The notes beneath the pieces were generated by a model. It had not been told where the DNA came from and searched no databases. It saw only the letters and a list, made by a program, of their open reading frames with translations. Below, piece by piece: positions 1 through 9,668 of a stretch of DNA of 64,000 nt. Every line of letters starts with the position of its first letter. Positions within the stretch are counted from its first letter, which is position 1. The translations under genes and the position numbers were made by a program. The stretch lies in the IMG/VR virus record IMGVR_UViG_3300032288_004964, positions 310,001-374,000 of that record; one strand, given 5' to 3'.

Positions 1-46
1 GAAAAAGTTTTAAGATTTGTTGTGTTATTTAAGAAATAATAGTATA

Positions 47-748
47 TTATAAAAAATAATTAATCATTTCAGATGTTTTACCACCATTATTAAAAATCTT
101 ACAAAGATTCTTATATTCTATATCATTTACTTTATAAAGTTGTAAATCAGCACCATATAAAGTATTAATATCACCTGTATTTTCGTCTAAATAATCTTCT
201 GACCACATTGATGAGGTTGGTCTAAATCCAGTTACTTCATATAATCTTTTTAGACAATCTATAACTACTGGAAATTTATCTGGATTAAAAAGACCTAAAT
301 TTAGATAGATAACTGAGTAACCAGGAATGGTATTATTTAATATATTCTCTTGTAGTCTTTCAAGATAACTCTTACCAGATCTATTTTTTGATTCTTCAAC
401 CTCCGAAAAATAAACATCATTGTAGTTCTTACTAGCCAATTTAATCATATCATTTGATAAAGGTTTAGATAAATCAATAAACATATTTTTCCAAGTATCT
501 TGAGTGGATTCACATTCTTTATTAATCCAATTCTCTTCAAAACTCATATCATAAAATAATTGATGTCTAATAGGTCTTGTTATATTATCAGTTGTAAAAA
601 ATTGATATCCAGACTCATATAATTTACACTTAGATAGAGACTCCTCATCTGTTAAATCATAGAATAGTTCTTGAATATCCAATTCAGTCGGAAATTCAGA
701 TTCGGTAATAACTGATTCAAATAACTTATATGTTTTTAAATATTTCAT
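47..748 (-). CDS. Putative virion internal protein (N-terminal leader family)
   Basis: Starts MKYLKTYKLFES; IQELFYDLTDE motif shared with neighbouring paralogs. Confidence 0.55.
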   Translation of the reverse strand: MKYLKTYKLFESVITESEFPTELDIQELFYDLTDEESLSKCKLYESGYQFFTTDNITRPIRHQLFYDMSFEENWINKECESTQDTWKNMFIDLSKPLSNDMIKLASKNYNDVYFSEVEESKNRSGKSYLERLQENILNNTIPGYSVIYLNLGLFNPDKFPVVIDCLKRLYEVTGFRPTSSMWSEDYLDENTGDINTLYGADLQLYKVNDIEYKNLCKIFNNGGKTSEMINYFL

Positions 749-751
749 AAT

Positions 752-1198
752 TTAATTTTTAAATTCAGCTCCAAATCCACATTCTACTCCAAAAACTCTA
801 ACTTTAATTTCCACATATGATATTTTATAGTCTATCATATTGTATTCATCATCCATTAAATTTTCATTATTTATGACAACTTTTTCTTTTTGATTTACAT
901 GATGTTTTCTTGGAATATAAATCTCCCAACTACATCTACTATCTTTTAAGTAATTATCAACTCTAAGAATAAATTCCTTAATTTCATTTATATCAAAGAG
1001 CTCTTTATATCCTCTAAACTTGTCTATTGTAATTCTAAACTCAGGATAATATCCAAAACTTTTATAATATGTATCTTCGGTATCTTCTACTTTTACTCTG
1101 AATCCAGTATCTTGAAATTCAAGAGACATATCTATAATATCATTTTTAATATTATCTCCTCTAGATTCAAATAACTTATATGTTTTTAAATGTTTCAT
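752..1198 (-). CDS. Putative virion internal protein, leader + LExxDxG paralog family
   Basis: MKHLKTYKLFES; IIDMSLEFQDTGFRVKV. Confidence 0.55.
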   Translation of the reverse strand: MKHLKTYKLFESRGDNIKNDIIDMSLEFQDTGFRVKVEDTEDTYYKSFGYYPEFRITIDKFRGYKELFDINEIKEFILRVDNYLKDSRCSWEIYIPRKHHVNQKEKVVINNENLMDDEYNMIDYKISYVEIKVRVFGVECGFGAEFKN

Positions 1199-1704
1199 AA
1201 TTTTATCATTAATCTAAAGTTTGTAAAAGAAATATAATCACCAATACCATCAAAATCTTCTTCTTTACTACAACCAGTTAAAAACTCTACGCCACTAGCA
1301 AAAAATCTTAAAGGTGATTTATCTTTATCGGTTCTATATTTAGTTTCTTTATCTATTGGGTCATAAATTGAATATGTTGAATAATACCATTCGGTTAAAC
1401 TAATAATACTATCTTTTATTTCATACCAAAAGAAAAGATTACCTGGATAACCACCTTGTGGATTAACAACTCCTGGTATTTCTCTATTTCCAGCACCCCA
1501 AGGTTTACTAATATAAACTTCTAAATAAATATCAGTTCTTGTCTTATTAAAGTATCTTTCTGGGTCAATCTCTACATCCTTTCTAATTCTACTAATGTTA
1601 ACTTGTAGACCGTTATCTTCCAATTCAAGAAGAATATCATTAACATAATTTTCAAGATCATCAATACTAGATTCAAATATTTTATATGTTTTTAAATATC
1701 TCAT
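1195..1704 (-). CDS. Putative virion internal protein, leader + LExxDxG family
   Basis: MRYLKTYKIFES; VNDILLELEDNGLQVNI; 4-nt overlap with next gene. Confidence 0.55.
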   Translation of the reverse strand: MRYLKTYKIFESSIDDLENYVNDILLELEDNGLQVNISRIRKDVEIDPERYFNKTRTDIYLEVYISKPWGAGNREIPGVVNPQGGYPGNLFFWYEIKDSIISLTEWYYSTYSIYDPIDKETKYRTDKDKSPLRFFASGVEFLTGCSKEEDFDGIGDYISFTNFRLMIKL

Positions 1705-1705
1705 T

Positions 1706-2092
1706 TTACATTTTATATATTTTTATCATAATAAGACTAGCTTGTCTACCAATCAATTCTATATCTTTATGATCATCAAGATCAATCCATCTGCCATTCT
1801 CATAGAATAATTCAATGTATTCAGGGCCTGAAAATGATATGCTAATACCATATTCTTTTTCAGATATGTATTCTGATATTCTTTCTAATGTGTTTTTAAT
1901 ATTATCTGTTATATCAAATAAATGTGGCCATTTACCATGATCCGATTCTATATCAAAGTATCCTTCACCCCAATGTTTACAAGTTAGCCCTTCATCTTGG
2001 ATATCTAATAACATATCACTAACATCTTGTTCTATTTCTTTTAGATCAGGTTCGATACTTTCAAATATTTTATATGACTTTATATGTTTCAC
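1706..2092 (-). CDS. Putative virion internal protein, leader + LExxDxG family
   Basis: MKHIKSYKIFES; VSDMLLDIQDEGL. Confidence 0.55.
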   Translation of the reverse strand: MKHIKSYKIFESIEPDLKEIEQDVSDMLLDIQDEGLTCKHWGEGYFDIESDHGKWPHLFDITDNIKNTLERISEYISEKEYGISISFSGPEYIELFYENGRWIDLDDHKDIELIGRQASLIMIKIYKM

Positions 2093-2730
2093 TTTTCTTC
2101 TCTTCTTTTTTTCATTAAATCTTTAATGAATTCTTTTATCTCATCATTACAATCAGGAGTGGGTAAGAAACCATATCCTCTCATTCTTGAGTACCATTTG
2201 ATTTGTCCAATGACATTACCACCTTTACTAACATTATAAGTGTCAGTTTTAGCACCTTTCTTTTTAGGTTGTAAAGTAAACTTTAAGGTTGAAACTTCTT
2301 TTTTAGCCTCAAAAATGTCTTTATCAACCGTATATTTTCTTTGAAATGAAGATATTCTTGGATTATAGTAAATGAAAATATTAATATTGTATAATTCCTC
2401 ACCAGAAAACTCTTTCATAAAGTCATCTATATATAAATAGTCATCAGAATTAGGTATACCAATATCAATTGAATAATCACTATCTTTTAGGTAATCTTTT
2501 ACTCTCAATAAAACATCCATTATATCTTCTAATCTAAAAAATCGGTCTTGATTATCTTTAATATAAACTCTTAAGCAATCTGTAGGATCTATACCATTTT
2601 TATAGTAATTAATATTAGATGTAGTATATTCAATGTCACACAAATCTAATTCTAATAAGATATCTTCAATATCTACTTTTATATCAGAGGATATTGATTC
2701 AAATATTTTATATGTTTTTAAGTATCTCAT
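2089..2730 (-). CDS. Putative virion internal protein, leader family
   Basis: MRYLKTYKIFES; IEDILLELD. Confidence 0.55.
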   Translation of the reverse strand: MRYLKTYKIFESISSDIKVDIEDILLELDLCDIEYTTSNINYYKNGIDPTDCLRVYIKDNQDRFFRLEDIMDVLLRVKDYLKDSDYSIDIGIPNSDDYLYIDDFMKEFSGEELYNINIFIYYNPRISSFQRKYTVDKDIFEAKKEVSTLKFTLQPKKKGAKTDTYNVSKGGNVIGQIKWYSRMRGYGFLPTPDCNDEIKEFIKDLMKKRREEK

Positions 2731-3335
2731 CTGTTTACTATTGTTTCATCCGGGAACATCTCTATCAATTTAGATGATAATTCTCTTGTCATTTCAGGTT
2801 CCCAAGCTTTTATACCCCAGTTTTTAGATTCTCTTTGTGGTTGTATGGTAAACTCATAATTTAAAAATCCGCTTTTAACAATACTCATTTTATTTGGAAA
2901 GTATTTATTCCAAGTTATATTATTTTCTCCATGTGAGAATGTTTCACTGTAAACAAATATTTTATTACCTATCATCAAGTGGGTCTTTATTTCTGTTGCC
3001 ATCACTTTTATTTTCAACTCATTACCTTCATCTAAATAATCAAGTGAAAGGTCTTTAGCCATTTGTATTAGTTTCCAGTTTATCTCATCTTTTTTAATAT
3101 CTTCACAAGACAACCAATACTTATCAACTATCTTTTTTTCTTCATCAGAAATACTTTCTATTCCGTTATCTCCATGTACATCATATGGATTCTCATAATC
3201 ATACCCACCTTTTTTCCAAATAGCATACATAAGACCTGTATCTGGATCTAAAACATGACCAATACTATCTAACCTAATAAAGTTATCAGGTATAGTCATA
3301 GAATCATATTCTTCATATAGTTTTAAGTATTTCAT
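2727..3335 (-). CDS. Hypothetical protein with N-terminal leader
   Basis: MKYLKLYEEY; internal DLSLDYLDEG; TAATATATA just upstream on minus strand. Confidence 0.5.
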   Translation of the reverse strand: MKYLKLYEEYDSMTIPDNFIRLDSIGHVLDPDTGLMYAIWKKGGYDYENPYDVHGDNGIESISDEEKKIVDKYWLSCEDIKKDEINWKLIQMAKDLSLDYLDEGNELKIKVMATEIKTHLMIGNKIFVYSETFSHGENNITWNKYFPNKMSIVKSGFLNYEFTIQPQRESKNWGIKAWEPEMTRELSSKLIEMFPDETIVNR

Positions 3336-3345
3336 TGTCTATATA

Positions 3346-4233
3346 TTAAAAGTTCAGTAAGATTTTAATTGTATAGTCATAAATATCACTATCATCATCA
3401 AATTGTCTATTACCTCTTGAAACATCAAATATAACTTCTTCATAGTCTAAAGTTGGTAAAATAGAAGGTAAAACAGCATCTATATCTGATTCTAACTTTC
3501 TAAGATTCATTTTACCAGTTAAATGAGAATCACTATATCCACCAATATTAATAGTAACACAAGGTTTATACATATCTAATATTTTATCTACTGAATAATC
3601 TTTTTTCTTATTAATATCTGAACTATAGATAGTAACATCTCTTCTTTCATCTCCTTTAAATTTATCACCTAATTTAATACCATAATTATCAATATTAAAG
3701 TTAGCACAATTCCATTTTTTATCAGTTACATAATATTGGTCATCATCTCTTCTAAGAAGAATACTTGGATAACCTCCAATACTTAAAGTTGGATTAACAA
3801 TATCTTTTAATATAGAAATAATAATATTTAATTTATCACTATCTTTTGGTTTTGGAACAGATAGGAGTCCGTTATACTTTCTATTATTTGGTTTATCATG
3901 ATTCTCATAATCACCATAAGCAACACAACACATTGTCCATTTTTTCTTACTCTCAGGTATCTCATCATAGACATCATACATTCTATCATTGATATAATCA
4001 GTATCTACTTTAGACATTGCAATAAACATTCTATCAACTAAATCTTTAATCTTTTCCCAGTATCCTTCGCCAATAAAATGATCTGACCATTTTTTTAATG
4101 ATGATTCACTTACCATTGACTTTTGATTTTGATTCCATTGATATCTTTTTAGATCTTCAAACCAATCATAGATACCATATTTGGAAGATTCTGATTTTTC
4201 TAAAAAAGAATTATATTTTTCTAAATGTTTCAT
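3346..4233 (-). CDS. Hypothetical protein with N-terminal leader
   Basis: MKHLEKYNSFLE; 295-aa ORF in coupled operon. Confidence 0.5.
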   Translation of the reverse strand: MKHLEKYNSFLEKSESSKYGIYDWFEDLKRYQWNQNQKSMVSESSLKKWSDHFIGEGYWEKIKDLVDRMFIAMSKVDTDYINDRMYDVYDEIPESKKKWTMCCVAYGDYENHDKPNNRKYNGLLSVPKPKDSDKLNIIISILKDIVNPTLSIGGYPSILLRRDDDQYYVTDKKWNCANFNIDNYGIKLGDKFKGDERRDVTIYSSDINKKKDYSVDKILDMYKPCVTINIGGYSDSHLTGKMNLRKLESDIDAVLPSILPTLDYEEVIFDVSRGNRQFDDDSDIYDYTIKILLNF

Positions 4234-4646
4234 TTTGGAATTACTTTAATATTTACATTTCTAACATCACCAATCATTTCAGAATTCTCATCTAAGAAAT
4301 GACCATCTTTATAATTTAATATGTAAGCAAAATCTTTTTTCTCACCACCAGATACGGTTGCACTTATTCCCCAATTTAGTGATCTCACATAAGAAACAAT
4401 GTGTAGTATTTCATCTTCTATTTCACTTAACTTAAATGAGTCATTATTTATCTTATTGACATCAAGAATGATTCTTCTATCATCTTTATCATTACTTTTG
4501 AATATTGAAGGAACTCCAGGATCTTGACCTAATAATGTTTTAAATCCTTTTTCTTTGAAGTCAATTATAATATCTTCTATAGTTTGCATAATACCACTTC
4601 TCTCATCAGTAGATTCAAATATGTTATATTTCTTTAAGTATTTCAT
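4230..4646 (-). CDS. Putative virion internal protein, leader + LExxDxG family
   Basis: MKYLKKYNIFES; IEDIIIDFKEKGFK. Confidence 0.55.
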   Translation of the reverse strand: MKYLKKYNIFESTDERSGIMQTIEDIIIDFKEKGFKTLLGQDPGVPSIFKSNDKDDRRIILDVNKINNDSFKLSEIEDEILHIVSYVRSLNWGISATVSGGEKKDFAYILNYKDGHFLDENSEMIGDVRNVNIKVIPK

Positions 4647-5176
4647 ATTTCAAAGATAACTTTTTCACTATTTGGTCTTGAATAAACTATCTTGTTAATA
4701 TTCTTAACTGAGTATTTATAATTAGGATTTACATACTTCTTACCTTCTCCTTTATTTAAATAAGCGATTGTTATATGTGGTTTATAAGTTGGAAACTTAT
4801 CATTATTAGGTAGCTTTGATAACTCATCATGTAATTCTTGTAGACCAGAATCCGAAACAACATTGAATTTCAAAACATCAAATTGTTCATTTTCAAAAAG
4901 ATTTATACCATCTATATCAATATGTAATTCACCATTAAACTTATCTAAAATAGATTTAACTTGATCTTCAGTAACATCTTTTTCAAGTCCATATAACAAT
5001 GTCAGATGTGGATATTCTTGAATACCGTGAGAATCATCACCTCCTGTATAAACATCTTTAGGATCAATAGAATTAGTTAATTCATCCCAATTACTTACAG
5101 GAACTTCAATCATTACACACCCGTATTCATATCCAGATGATTCTTTTATAAATTGTAAATAGTTTTTAATTATCAT
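4643..5176 (-). CDS. 2H phosphoesterase (Acb1/T4 57B-like) with N-terminal leader
   Basis: Two HxT motifs (PHLTLLYG, PHITIAY) about 77 aa apart; leader MIIKNYLQFIKES. Confidence 0.75.
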   Translation of the reverse strand: MIIKNYLQFIKESSGYEYGCVMIEVPVSNWDELTNSIDPKDVYTGGDDSHGIQEYPHLTLLYGLEKDVTEDQVKSILDKFNGELHIDIDGINLFENEQFDVLKFNVVSDSGLQELHDELSKLPNNDKFPTYKPHITIAYLNKGEGKKYVNPNYKYSVKNINKIVYSRPNSEKVIFEI

Positions 5177-5688
5177 ATACTACCTTGTATTATTATTCTT
5201 TTTTCACCACCTCTATTATTATAAGAGAATTTGAATCCAATTCCAATTTCACTTTGTAATCTTTTTACAGCTACTAAGAAATCTTCAGCTTCTTCTCTTT
5301 CCTTGCTACCTTCTTTAAATTCTTCCTTTTCATCAGACATTGACCAATCATTTTTAGAAAATAATAAAGCTCTATTACTTCCTGAAATAGGGTTTAAATT
5401 ATGTCCTTTAAGCTCTTTAGCCTCCCAAGTTATTTCACCATCTGAATTTATTTCACCAGTCCAATCTAATAAATTTCTTCTATCCGATGGTTGATAAACT
5501 TCCTCTCTAGGTACCATTCTACAATTGAATTGTGGATTTTTCCAAATAGATATACCTGGGTAAGAAACATCTGATATCCAATACCAACCATTATCTTCAA
5601 ATTCTAAGAAACAATTTTTAATTGTATCAAGAACTTGATTATAGATTTGCTCTTCAATATTTTCATTAAATTTTCTAAGATATTTCAT
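5173..5688 (-). CDS. Hypothetical protein, leader + LExxDxG family
   Basis: MKYLRKFNEN; IKNCFLEFEDNGW. Confidence 0.5.
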   Translation of the reverse strand: MKYLRKFNENIEEQIYNQVLDTIKNCFLEFEDNGWYWISDVSYPGISIWKNPQFNCRMVPREEVYQPSDRRNLLDWTGEINSDGEITWEAKELKGHNLNPISGSNRALLFSKNDWSMSDEKEEFKEGSKEREEAEDFLVAVKRLQSEIGIGFKFSYNNRGGEKRIIIQGSI

Positions 5689-5764
5689 AATGATATATAT
5701 TTTATTTCTATTTTGGTAAAGTGGAAAAGATTAATTATCTTTGATAAAATTAAAAATAATAGAT

Positions 5765-5938
5765 ATGACAGAAAGATTTTCAATGAGAGAAACGCTTAAG
5801 AGTAAGTTCGGTGAAGCTGAAAAAAGTGTTAAAGGAAGTAGAGCAACAAAAAGAGCAACTGAAAAAGTTAAGTCTTCTGATACTGGAAAGTATAAAGTCA
5901 AAATTGTTGATGGTGTTAAGTATATGGTTTTAAAATAA
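5765..5938 (+). CDS. Small basic hypothetical protein
   Basis: ATG at 5765 (MTERF...) preferred over TTG 5741; followed by bidirectional terminator. Confidence 0.5.
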   Translation: MTERFSMRETLKSKFGEAEKSVKGSRATKRATEKVKSSDTGKYKVKIVDGVKYMVLK

Positions 5939-5965
5939 AAAAGAGGTCTATTGACCTCTTTTTTT
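5937..5965. terminator. Bidirectional intrinsic terminator
   Basis: A-tract GAGGTC-TATT-GACCTC T-tract between convergent genes. Confidence 0.8.
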
Positions 5966-6752
5966 ATAAATTGTATTTAATATCTACCTTTTTAGGATCT
6001 GAATATAAATTCTTATTATAGTATTGGTCAAATACTTCTCTGTATTTTTGTTCCCATTCTTCTATATTAGGAATATTCATATCTTCCATTTTCTTTCCTA
6101 ATCCAGTTGACATATAAGCTTGTAACTCATCTGGTAAAACATGGTCAGCATAGCCATAATCAGTTATACATTTAAACATTGAATCTTTAACAACCCCGTC
6201 ACATTCACTATTTAATTTAGACATAGCTTCTTTATAATCAGTCAAAGTAAACCACATAGCATGAGCAAATTCATGTTCAAGTAATCTATTTGATAATTCA
6301 TCTACACCTAATAAGTAATATTTACTATCTCCCTCAATTTCTTTTATAGTATTAATAATAGATAACATAATTTTATCATAGTTATTAATTTCATCTTCTG
6401 GTATACCAAACATACATTCTTCTAAAATAGTAGATGGTATATTAAATCCTGACCAATCAGCACCATAAGTAAATTCTTGTTTACCATAATGTTGTTTGTA
6501 AAGATCTTGGAATCTTGAAAATTTGAATTGTTTACTGATTATTTCTTCAAATGCACTTTCATAAAATTCTTGTGGTCTTAGAAATAACATAGCTCTTGAA
6601 TGAGAGTCTTCTACTTTAACTGCCCATATGTGTTCACCAACATGATATAATTCAATAGATTGAAGATATAGTTCCATTTGTGGAGCTAGTAATCTATTAG
6701 GGTCAGTTATTAACTTTTCTAAAAATAATTTATAGGATTTAATTAGTTTCAT
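5964..6752 (-). CDS. Putative zincin-like metalloprotein with N-terminal leader
   Basis: HEFAH (HExxH) plus downstream DELQAY; leader MKLIKSYKLFLE. Confidence 0.55.
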   Translation of the reverse strand: MKLIKSYKLFLEKLITDPNRLLAPQMELYLQSIELYHVGEHIWAVKVEDSHSRAMLFLRPQEFYESAFEEIISKQFKFSRFQDLYKQHYGKQEFTYGADWSGFNIPSTILEECMFGIPEDEINNYDKIMLSIINTIKEIEGDSKYYLLGVDELSNRLLEHEFAHAMWFTLTDYKEAMSKLNSECDGVVKDSMFKCITDYGYADHVLPDELQAYMSTGLGKKMEDMNIPNIEEWEQKYREVFDQYYNKNLYSDPKKVDIKYNL

Positions 6753-6767
6753 AGTTATTTATTTTTT

Positions 6768-7017
6768 TTATAATTCTGATTCATCTTTTAATAAATCAAA
6801 AACAGCCTTAGCGCCTTCAATAAAACTTTCCTTAGATATGTTGAATTTTTCATCTGATTCACCTTCTTGTCTATATACCCAAGCCCATTCTGAAGACATA
6901 TCTTCAAATTATTCCTGTTTTAGTATTTTCAATCCAAATATAGTTATAGTTATCTGCCATGATTTTTGATTGATCAGATGATTCTAAGCTCTCATTAAAT
7001 TTCTTTAAGTGTTTCAT
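6768..7017 (-). pseudogene. Leader-bearing gene apparently broken into two short ORFs (7017-6904, 37 aa; 6899-6768, 43 aa)
   Basis: Manual translation: MKHLKKFNESLESS...GII* then, in another frame, MSSEWAWVYRQEG...KDESEL*. Confidence 0.4.
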
Positions 7018-7019
7018 AA

Positions 7020-7325
7020 TTATTCAACTTCATATTTTGTAACTTGTTTCAATTTAACAACATCCTTACCATCAACTAACTGGAATTTAACTTTCTTATC
7101 GTCAAAGTTATACGGATCAGAATTAAATATCTCCATCTGTTCTTCTGTTACTGGATATTCCTCACCCCAAACATCTCTACTATAAACACTCCATTCATAT
7201 CCATCAACACCAAGAGTGCCAACTTTAATTTCGGGATTTTCTGTTTTTATATTCTTCGAAGCGTTCTCTTGTTCATCACGCATTTGTTGGTCATAAAAGT
7301 TTTCAAATATTTTAATGTGTTTCAT
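7020..7325 (-). CDS. Hypothetical protein with N-terminal leader
   Basis: MKHIKIFENF. Confidence 0.5.
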   Translation of the reverse strand: MKHIKIFENFYDQQMRDEQENASKNIKTENPEIKVGTLGVDGYEWSVYSRDVWGEEYPVTEEQMEIFNSDPYNFDDKKVKFQLVDGKDVVKLKQVTKYEVE

Positions 7326-7333
7326 ATATTTAT

Positions 7334-8155
7334 TTATTTTTTAAACTTGTCTAATAATCTTTTGAATTCATATTCAGTTATCTCTTTACTTACAGGTGTG
7401 CCATAAATAGTTGTTGAATATTCAATGAAATTAGCCATTAAATCTTTTATGTTATTACCAAGATTTTTAAGCATACCCTCAAATCCATATTTTTTATAAC
7501 CATTATATGCCATCCAAGCAGACATTACTTCTAATAAAGATAAATCGCTTCCGAATAATCCTTCATTTAAGTGTTTCTTCTTTTTAGATTCTCCTGAGAA
7601 TGGACTCATTAAATGTTTTAAGTTCCAAGAAGGAACAAACCTCTTATTATGTTTCTCAAAGTCTTCATATGATTCAATACCAGAATCAATAGGATTTTGA
7701 ATATATTGAATATTAGCACCTTGCTTATTCATATCAGAGATTCTATTTCCAATATCAGTTTTAGCTGACATCTTCATAACTCTTTTAAGTTGATCTACTG
7801 TGTGTTGTCTTGGTAGTGATTCATTAGTAGGTTCAACATCTGAGAAATCTACCGACCCATCTTCATTAAATATAACAAATCCTATACCATTTTCAATTGG
7901 TAAAGTTCCTAACTCTACTAACTTATTAAAATCCTCAGTTCCAATACTTTCTGGTCCAAATTCCCAAACACGAGAAACACCACCATCTTTTATTACAAAT
8001 TGTATATCAACTTGTCCAGATGATTCAGTTGCCTTATTTTGTCTAATAATTCTTCTAATTCCAGTCTTATTAGAAACATATTCTTTTTCAGCACCGTATT
8101 TAGATCTTGCTCTAACTATTTTCATTATTCTCCAAATTCCTTTTTCTCCATCCAA
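7334..8155 (-). CDS. Hypothetical protein
   Basis: 273-aa ORF in operon; real start may be the second Met (MKIVRAR). Confidence 0.5.
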   Translation of the reverse strand: MDGEKGIWRIMKIVRARSKYGAEKEYVSNKTGIRRIIRQNKATESSGQVDIQFVIKDGGVSRVWEFGPESIGTEDFNKLVELGTLPIENGIGFVIFNEDGSVDFSDVEPTNESLPRQHTVDQLKRVMKMSAKTDIGNRISDMNKQGANIQYIQNPIDSGIESYEDFEKHNKRFVPSWNLKHLMSPFSGESKKKKHLNEGLFGSDLSLLEVMSAWMAYNGYKKYGFEGMLKNLGNNIKDLMANFIEYSTTIYGTPVSKEITEYEFKRLLDKFKK

Positions 8156-8523
8156 TTAGAAAGTTCTTCATCATCCCAAAGTTTTTCTTTTAGATATTTC
8201 ATAACATTTTCTTGTATCATTTCTTCAGCTTTGTAGAAATCTTCAATATCAGATGATTTAATTATTTCTTTAAGAAGTTCATATACTTCATCTAATTTAG
8301 AAAATAATTCGTCATTTTCTTGAAAACTCTCAGCTAAAAACTTCTCACCATCTAATTTATTATTAGAAGGTTTAACAACTCTCATAGAAACATCTGGATC
8401 ACTTAATGATTTATCAGCATCTAATTTCTTATCAGTCTTTGGTTTAACCAATTCCTGCTTCTTCATATCCTTAGAAAGCTTTTGAGCTTTATCATTGATT
8501 GGATGTTTTTTAATATGTTTCAT
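8125..8523 (-). CDS. Hypothetical protein, leader-like start
   Basis: Start moved to MKHIKKH (8523), because the upstream extension crosses the AATATATA motif and the nrdB terminator. Confidence 0.5.
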   Translation of the reverse strand: MKHIKKHPINDKAQKLSKDMKKQELVKPKTDKKLDADKSLSDPDVSMRVVKPSNNKLDGEKFLAESFQENDELFSKLDEVYELLKEIIKSSDIEDFYKAEEMIQENVMKYLKEKLWDDEELSNWMEKKEFGE

Positions 8524-8558
8524 AGTTAATATTATTTTATAAAAGTATATATTAAAAT

Positions 8559-8587
8559 AAAAACCCCAGTTTTTAGACCGGGGTTTA
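8559..8587 (-). terminator. Intrinsic terminator after nrdB
   Basis: AAAACCCCAGT...ACCGGGGTTT inverted repeat. Confidence 0.55.
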
Positions 8588-8608
8588 ACAAAATACAAAA
8601 ATTACCTA

Positions 8609-9574
8609 TTAGAAATCTTCATCTAATTTATCAAAATCAATTTCTTTATCAGAAGTTTTTTGATATTCAGCAACACGCTTCTCAAAGAAGTTACTTTTAT
8701 TTTGTAAAGATAACATCTCCATGAAATCAAATGGATTCTCAGAATTATAAACTTTCTGACAACCTAATTCAACTAACCAAAAGTCAGCAACATATTCAAT
8801 GTATTGTTGCATCAACTTGTCATTCATTCCAATTAATGAAACTGGAAGAGATTCTGTAATAAACTTTCTTTCAATATCAACAGCTGAGCAAATAATTTCT
8901 TTAATTCTATCAGGTGATACCTTATTTTGAATGTGTTTATTGTGTAATAAACAAGCAAACTGACAGTGTAAACCTTCATCTCTTGAAATTAATTCATTAG
9001 AGAAAGCTAACCCTGGCATTAAACCTCTTTTCTTTAACCAGAAGATTGAACAAAATGATCCTGAGAAGAAGATACCTTCAACTGCCGCAAAAGCAATTAA
9101 TCTTTCAGCAAATGAATCAGAACCAATCCATTTCAAAGCCCAATCAGCTTTATTCTTAATAGATTCATAGTTATCAATAGCATGAAATAATTTATCTTTT
9201 TCAGCCGAATCTTTAATGTAAGTATCAATTAATAATGAATAGGTTTCAGAGTGTATATTCTCCATCATTATTTGAAAACCATAAAAAGATTTTGCTTCAG
9301 GGTATTGAACTTCTTTTAGGAAGTTTTCAGCCAGATTCTCATTTACTATACCATCTGATGCAGCAAAGAAAGCTAATATCATTTTAATGAAGTGCTTTTC
9401 ATTATCATTTAATTTTTCATTCCAATCTGTTAAGTCTTGAGCTAAGTCAATTTCTTCCGCAGTCCAAAATGAATGTTGCTGATTTTTGTACATGTCCCAA
9501 ATATCGTGATATTTTAAGGGAAACATTACAAAACGGTCTTTGTTCTCTTGTAATATGTGTTCTGTGTTTTTCAT
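8609..9574 (-). CDS. nrdB: Ribonucleotide reductase class Ia beta subunit
   Basis: [47 protein letters not shown] diiron motifs. Confidence 0.97.
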   Translation of the reverse strand: MKNTEHILQENKDRFVMFPLKYHDIWDMYKNQQHSFWTAEEIDLAQDLTDWNEKLNDNEKHFIKMILAFFAASDGIVNENLAENFLKEVQYPEAKSFYGFQIMMENIHSETYSLLIDTYIKDSAEKDKLFHAIDNYESIKNKADWALKWIGSDSFAERLIAFAAVEGIFFSGSFCSIFWLKKRGLMPGLAFSNELISRDEGLHCQFACLLHNKHIQNKVSPDRIKEIICSAVDIERKFITESLPVSLIGMNDKLMQQYIEYVADFWLVELGCQKVYNSENPFDFMEMLSLQNKSNFFEKRVAEYQKTSDKEIDFDKLDEDF

Positions 9575-9635
9575 AATTTAGTTTATTTATTATTATTTAT
9601 ATCGATCTATATTTGAATAGTTTAATATCTTTTAG

Positions 9636-9643
9636 TATATTTG
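9636..9643 (+). promoter_or_regulatory. Bacteroidota-type -7 promoter element TAnnTTTG (early/host RNAP)
   Basis: TATATTTG upstream of + strand operon. Same element at 13751, 17276, 18430, 19958, 28662, 44275, 50272, 53852, 60115, 62206, 63936 and on minus strand 39741-39748. Confidence 0.7.
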
Positions 9644-9668
9644 TATTTATTAAAAAAGTTTAAGTCCA

